From NCBI GenBank assembly GCA_963770685.1, contig CAVYQN010000007.1, forward strand, positions 12,170-76,169: a stretch of DNA of 64,000 nucleotides, in the 5' to 3' direction. The stretch is from Candidatus Krumholzibacteriia bacterium. Lineage in GTDB: Bacteria > Krumholzibacteriota > Krumholzibacteriia > Krumholzibacteriales > Krumholzibacteriaceae. The first letter of the stretch is position 1; each line of letters begins with the position of its first letter. The notes below the pieces were generated by a model. That model saw only the letters and a program-made list of their open reading frames with translations, ran no database searches and was not told where the DNA came from. The translations under genes and the position numbers were made by a program. Shown piece by piece: positions 59,788-64,000 of the stretch.

Positions 59788-61911
59788 TCACTTGAGATCG
59801 ATCCCCAGGTTGTGGAACATGAACGAGACCTCGTCGGTGAACTCCTCGATCATCTTCGTCGTATTGCTCGAGCCGTGTCCCGACCTGACGTCTATCCTGA
59901 TGAGGACCGGATTGTCCCCCCTGTGCTTCTCCTGGAGCTCCGCGATGAACTTGAACGAATGAGCCGGCACCACGCGGTCGTCGTGGTCCGCCGTCGTCAC
60001 GAGGGTCGCCGGGTATTCCACGCCCTCCATGACGTTGTGAAGGGGCGAATAGCCCAGCAGGTACCGGAACTGCTCCTCGTTATCGCTCGTGCCGTAGTCG
60101 CCGGCCCATGCCCAGCCGATCGTGAACTTGTGGTAGCGCAGCATGTCCAGCACCCCGAACGCCGGCAGGGCCACCTTGAAGAGGTCGGGCCTCTGCACCA
60201 TGCACGCGCCGACGAGAAGGCCGCCGTTCGAGCCGCCGGATATCGCGATCCTGCCGGGCGAAGTGTACTTTTCGGATATCAGATATTCGGCGGCCGCGAT
60301 GAAATCGTCGAAGGTGTTCTGCTTGTTCAGCACGGAGCCCGCCTTGTGCCAGGTTTCACCGTATTCGCCGCCACCCCTCAGATTCGGGACGGCCACGACG
60401 CAACCGTTCTCGACGAGAACGATCCTGGTGGCCGAAAAGACCGGCGTCATGCTGACGTTGAACCCGCCGTATCCGTAGAGGAACACGGGGTTGTTGCCGT
60501 CGAGCTTCAGGCCCTTCCTGCTTATGAGGAACATCGGCACCTTCGTGCCGTCCTTGCCCGCGAAAAAGACCTGCCTCGCTTCGAAGTCGCCGACGTCGAA
60601 CCCGACCTCGGTCTTGTGGAATACTTCGGACCTGCCCGAGGCGATATCGTACCTGAATATCGTCGGAGGATAGGTGAAGGAGGTGAAGGTGTAGAAGACC
60701 TCGGTGTCCTCCCTTTTCCCGTTGAATCCCCCGGCCGATCCGACCATCGGCAGCTCTATCTCCCTCACCAGAGCGCCGTCCGGATCGTGCTGGAAGACGC
60801 GGCTGCTGGCATCTTTGAGGTAATCGCAGAAGAGCCTGCCGCCTGCCCCGGTGACGCCCGATAGAACGTCCTCTTTTTCCGGTATGATCGTCTTCCAGTC
60901 GGCCCTGCCCGGACGGGCGGGATCTATAACGACCACCCTGCCGTTCGGGGCATCGATATTGGTGAATAGTATGAACCCGCCATCCACGTTGTCGACGACA
61001 TAGCTGTCGTTTTCGAATCCCTCGACGAGGGGGATGAACCCGCCCTGGTTTCCGCCGAGCGGCCTGTAGTGGACCTCGTTGCCGCTCGACCCTTCCGCCT
61101 TGTACAAAAGGAGGTATTTCTGATCCTCGGTCACGGAAGCCCAGAAATACATCAGCGGTTTCCCGGGATCCGCGAAAACGACCTCGTCATTCTCCTGGGC
61201 CTGCCCCAGCCTGTGGTACAAGACCTTCTGGCCGGTGTTCTGCCCCTTGAGCTCTTCCCCTTCCACCGGCTTGTCGTAACCGCTGTAGAAGAAGCCGTCG
61301 CCGAACCAGTCCGCGCCGCTGAACTTGACCCATTTCACGCGGTCCTCAAGCTCCCTTCGCGTCTCAATCTCGAAGATCCTTATCTCCTGCCAGTCGGAAC
61401 CGGCTTCGGAGCGGAATACCGCTATATACCTGTTGTCCCTGGAAGGCTCGCCCAGGCGTATCTTGACGGTGCCGTCGTCGGAAAGAAGGTTCGGGTCGAT
61501 GAAAACCGCGGGCTCGCCGCCGAGCCCCTTCTGGATATAGATCACCGACTGGTTCTGAAGGCCGTCGTTCTTGTAGAAGAAGTAGTACTCCCCGGCCTTT
61601 TGAGGAGACGAATATTTTGGGTAATTCACGAGCTCGGTGACGCGTTTCCTCAGCCTGTCCCTGAACGGAATCTTCTCGAGGTATGAGAAGGTCAGGGCGT
61701 TCTGCGCCTCGACCCACGCCTTGACCTCGGCGGCGTTGTCGTCCTCGAGCCACCTGTACGGGTCCGCCACCTTCGTGCCGAAATAGTCGTCCGTCTGGTC
61801 GACCTTCCTCGTCTCGGGATAATCCAGCCCCTCCGCCATGATGCGCCCGCTGAGCAACGATAACGCGAGGGCCGGCAGAAGCGCCGCAAGGAACCTGATC
61901 CTTATCTTCAT
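59788..61911 (-). CDS. Prolyl oligopeptidase (S9A family), secreted
   Basis: ORF 59788..61947, with the start at M13 and a signal peptide. The N-terminal motif is DYFGTKVADPYRWLEDDN. The catalytic Ser context is ISGGSNGGLLVGA, with the late His region GHGSS. Confidence 0.9.
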   Translation of the reverse strand: MKIRIRFLAALLPALALSLLSGRIMAEGLDYPETRKVDQTDDYFGTKVADPYRWLEDDNAAEVKAWVEAQNALTFSYLEKIPFRDRLRKRVTELVNYPKYSSPQKAGEYYFFYKNDGLQNQSVIYIQKGLGGEPAVFIDPNLLSDDGTVKIRLGEPSRDNRYIAVFRSEAGSDWQEIRIFEIETRRELEDRVKWVKFSGADWFGDGFFYSGYDKPVEGEELKGQNTGQKVLYHRLGQAQENDEVVFADPGKPLMYFWASVTEDQKYLLLYKAEGSSGNEVHYRPLGGNQGGFIPLVEGFENDSYVVDNVDGGFILFTNIDAPNGRVVVIDPARPGRADWKTIIPEKEDVLSGVTGAGGRLFCDYLKDASSRVFQHDPDGALVREIELPMVGSAGGFNGKREDTEVFYTFTSFTYPPTIFRYDIASGRSEVFHKTEVGFDVGDFEARQVFFAGKDGTKVPMFLISRKGLKLDGNNPVFLYGYGGFNVSMTPVFSATRIVLVENGCVVAVPNLRGGGEYGETWHKAGSVLNKQNTFDDFIAAAEYLISEKYTSPGRIAISGGSNGGLLVGACMVQRPDLFKVALPAFGVLDMLRYHKFTIGWAWAGDYGTSDNEEQFRYLLGYSPLHNVMEGVEYPATLVTTADHDDRVVPAHSFKFIAELQEKHRGDNPVLIRIDVRSGHGSSNTTKMIEEFTDEVSFMFHNLGIDLK

Positions 61912-62121
61912 CGAACCGCCTCCGGGAAATGGGGTTGCAGGAAACAAGGACGCAAATCCCGGGAATAATCGCAGAGAATGCTTCGCCTTGTCAATCTACC
62001 CCTTTCCACGGGGCGGCGATTGTCATTGTGCGGCGGCCCTCTTTCTGCTGGAATATCCTTTGTCCCCGGCCGGAAAGAAGCGGATCGTGTCCGACCTCCT
62101 GAATTAACGAAAGGGGTTGCG

Positions 62122-62685
62122 ATGGATGTAAGGACGGCCATAGAGAAACGAAGGGCCTACCGGGCCCTCGAGGGTTCGAGGTAACCGATGATATCGTCGC
62201 GGAGCTCGCCGAGGCGGCGCGGCTGACGGCGTCATGCTTCAACAATCAACCGTGGCGCTTCGTCTTCGTCACCGGGCCCGGACGCCCTCGGCAGGATGCA
62301 CGAAGCCCTAAGCCGCGGGAACGAATGGGCGCGAAAGGCGTCGATGATCATCGCGGCCTTCGGGACAAAGGATGACGACTGCCTTATAAGGGAAAGGGAA
62401 TATTATCTTTTCGACATCGGCATGGCGGTGTCGGCGATCGTTCTGCGCGCGACGGAGATGGGCCTGGTGGCCCACCCGATAGCGGGCTACAGCCCGGCAA
62501 AAGCCAGGGAGATACTCGGGATACCGGAAGACAGGATGCTTATCACCCTCGTCATCGTCGGGAAAAAATCCGAAAGCCTCGAGGGGCTCAGCGACGCCCA
62601 GAAGGATGCGGAAAAGGAAAGGCCGGCAAGGCGCGACCCGGCCGCCATTCATAGCATCGACAGGTACGATCCGAGGCTCGGCTAG
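62122..62685 (+). pseudogene. Nitroreductase-family protein with a -1/+1 frameshift pair
   Basis: ATG 62122 opens MDVRTAIEKRRAYRALE, and then TAA at 62182 appears in that frame. The middle segment, in another frame, reads FEVTDDIVAELAEAARLTASCFNNQPWRFVFVTGP. The reading then returns to the first frame (ORF 62296..62685): DALGRMHEALSRGNEWARKASMIIAAF...GLVAHPIAGY.... The junctions are at about 62172 (-1) and about 62278 (+1). 564 nt gives 188 codons. Confidence 0.7.
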
Positions 62686-62694
62686 GGCGAGAAT

Positions 62695-62752
62695 AGCCGG
62701 CCCCCCACAACCTCCTGCGAAGGAATCCTACTTTTCGGGGGGCGGCTCTTTT
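62695..62752 (+). terminator. Possible terminator hairpin after the nitroreductase gene
   Basis: AGCCGGCCCCCC (62695-62706) pairs with GGGGGGCGGCT (62737-62747), followed by CTTTTG. The loop is long (about 30 nt), so this is weak. Confidence 0.3.
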
Positions 62753-62766
62753 GAAATGCCCCCTAC

Positions 62767-62794
62767 TTGTCATTATTTGTCATTTTTTGTTATT
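62767..62794 (+). repeat. Three tandem 10-bp-phased copies of TTGT(C/T)ATT (candidate regulator-binding or UP-like element)
   Basis: TTGTCATT at 62767-62774, TTGTCATT at 62777-62784 and TTGTTATT at 62787-62794. A weaker fourth unit starts at 62797. The repeats lie immediately upstream of the promoter candidate at 62801. Confidence 0.5.
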
Positions 62795-62800
62795 ATTTTC

Positions 62801-62829
62801 TTGAATATCTGAAATCCCCGATATATCAT
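62801..62829 (+). promoter_or_regulatory. Sigma-70-like promoter candidate for the HTH-PBP regulator gene
   Basis: TTGAAT (62801-62806), a 17-nt spacer and TATCAT (62824-62829), about 75 nt upstream of ATG 62905, which has an AAGGAG/GGAGG RBS. This is motif match only. Confidence 0.35.
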
Positions 62830-62904
62830 ACACCCCGAACTGATTGCGGTCGATGAGCCGTTACCGCATTAATTGCACGCATAATAAGGAGTTGGAGGTT
62901 CAGC

Positions 62905-63804
62905 ATGACCGAGGAGCTTTTTTCCGTCAAGGAAGTGGCAACCTACCTGAATCTCAACGAAAAGAAGATCTACTCCCTCGATAAAAAGAGGGGATATTCC
63001 CTGCACGAAGATCACCGGCAAATGGCTCTTCCCGAAAAACCGGATAGACGAATGGATCGAGATGAGCGTCGGCCACGATTTCAGGGCCGATTCTCCGGGA
63101 AACATAAGGATCGCAGGGAGCAACGACCCGGCGCTGGAGCTTCTTGCTTCGTCGGTCAGGAAACTGTTTCCGCGCCTGACCGTCCTTGCGGCGAATGTCG
63201 GGAGCAGGCGCGGCCTGGCGATGCTTCAGAGAGGCGGAACGCACATATCGGGGATGCACATCTTCGATCCCGCCGACGAGCGAATACAACATCCCCTACC
63301 TCCAAAAGATGGCCCCTTCGCTGAGGCCCGTCGTGGTGAATTTCGCCTGGCGCGACCAGGGGATCCTGGTCGCCGCCGGCAATCCGCTCGGCATATCGGG
63401 CATCGAGGACCTGGCGCGACCGGAGGTCAGGTACATCAACCGGCAGCCGGGCGCCGGGAACGAGGCTTCTTCTCGACTATAACCTCAGGCGCCTCGATAT
63501 CGGCAGGGACAGGGTACGGGGTTACGACGATTACGTGAACACGCATTACGAGGTCGCCGCGGCGATACAGAGAGGGCGGGCCGACGCGGGTCTCGGCATC
63601 AGGGAGGCGGCGGCCGGTTTCGGCCTCGGATTCATCCCTGTGACGAGGGAGCGTTTCGACCTCGTCATACCGGGAAGGTTTTTTTACACGGAACCGATCC
63701 AGCAGTGCCTCGAGGTCACCAGGTCCGAAGCATTCAGGGAATCGGTCGGGCATCTCAACGGATACTACGCCGGCGATACTGGAACGGTGCTCTGTTGGGG
63801 ATAA
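62905..63804 (+). pseudogene. Excisionase/MerR-type HTH fused to a periplasmic-binding-protein-like (molybdate/tungstate-binding-like) domain; three +1 frameshifts
   Basis: Frame 1: MTEELFSVKEVATYLNLNEKKIYSLDK. Frame 2: RGDIPCTKITGKWLFPKNRIDEWIEMSVGHDF...NIRIAGSNDPALELLASSVRKLFP...GTHISGMHIFDPADE. Frame 3: EYNIPYLQKMAPSLRPVVVNFAWRDQGILVAAGNPLGISGIEDLARPEVRYINRQPGAG. Frame 1 again: TRLLLDYNLRRLDIGRDRVRGYDDYVNTHYEVAAAIQRGRADAGLGIREAAAGFGLGFIPVTRERFDLVIP.... The junctions are at about 62985 (A5 run), 63281 and 63460. 900 nt minus 3 gives 299 codons. Confidence 0.7.
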
Positions 63805-63823
63805 ATCAGAAAGGAAGAGGGTG

Positions 63824-64000
63824 ATGTTTTTTTTCGGAAGACAGAAAAGTAAATCAGCGGCTCTTACGATCCTGGCTCTCGTTTCGATGGCCATGTTTCT
63901 CTTCGGCTGCTCGGATGACGGCGTTGTAGATTCGACCGAGGTGGTATCGTCGAGGGCTTACCAGGGCCACGCCTCGGACGTCGACATCAACAACTTCGTG
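63824..64000 (+). CDS. Lipoprotein, N-terminal fragment (continues beyond the window end)
   Basis: Not in the ORF track because it is open to the window end. ATG 63824, after AAGGAAGAGGG, opens MFFFGRQKSKSAALTILALVSMAMFLFGCSDDGVVDSTEVVSSRAYQGHASDVDINNFV. This gives a signal peptide with lipobox LFGC and 59 in-frame codons without a stop. Confidence 0.6.
   Translation, partial: MFFFGRQKSKSAALTILALVSMAMFLFGCSDDGVVDSTEVVSSRAYQGHASDVDINNFV

Noticed and set aside
62767-62794. Possible CRISPR-like or minisatellite array.
   Set aside because: The units are only 8-10 bp with no spacers. The position and phasing fit a promoter-proximal binding site instead. No CRISPR array is seen anywhere in the window.
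1-64000. Idea that the many +1 breaks reflect a lineage-wide programmed frameshifting or recoding system.
   Set aside because: Apart from prfB, I found no shared slippery sequence, stop codon or SD-like stimulator at the junctions. The contexts look random, some breaks are -1, and an insertion-biased consensus error is more parsimonious. I kept it only as something to test with reads.
1-64000. Mobile elements, prophage, or defence islands.
   Set aside because: No transposase, integrase, terminal inverted repeats, tRNA-flanked island or known defence gene signatures were seen. Gene content is mostly conserved housekeeping.

Overview
GC-rich bacterial chromosome segment. Families such as DUF4837, a DUF4292/LolB-like lipoprotein, a FadL/PorV-type porin and a Bacteroidetes-type KASIII suggest an uncultivated FCB-superphylum-like lineage; that placement is inference only. 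I count about 60 protein genes, mostly on the minus strand. Positions 1-45 kb hold core housekeeping operons: lolE-lysS-prfB-coaE-polA-nadD-bamD; rimO-ftsK; thiE-comB-accC-pilT and accB-efp; an ECF sigma/anti-sigma envelope cluster; yceD-rpmF-plsX-fabH-fabD-fabG-acpP-fabF-rnc; ndk-sucD-sucC; heptose genes hldA/hldC; lpxL; dprA. Positions 45-64 kb are more accessory: a PD40 lipoprotein, a retropepsin-PDZ lipoprotein, a secreted GYWKNH-motif protein, an M20 peptidase, CorA, CoA-transferase A/B, a second KASIII, a B12-radical SAM enzyme, a pentahaem cytochrome plus monohaem cytochrome-porin pair, prolyl oligopeptidase, a nitroreductase and an HTH-PBP regulator. I saw no rRNA, tRNA, CRISPR array or mobile element. 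The most striking global feature is about 29 single-nucleotide frame breaks plus one in-frame TAG. By manual stitching, about 24 need a +1 shift and 5 need a -1 shift. They hit even essential genes and are unevenly distributed. prfB also carries its canonical programmed +1 site. The best candidate for a novel system is the multihaem cytochrome + Cyc2-like cytochrome-porin operon at 56.4-59.1 kb. Most long Arg/Gly/Pro-rich ORFs in the track are antisense shadows of real genes.
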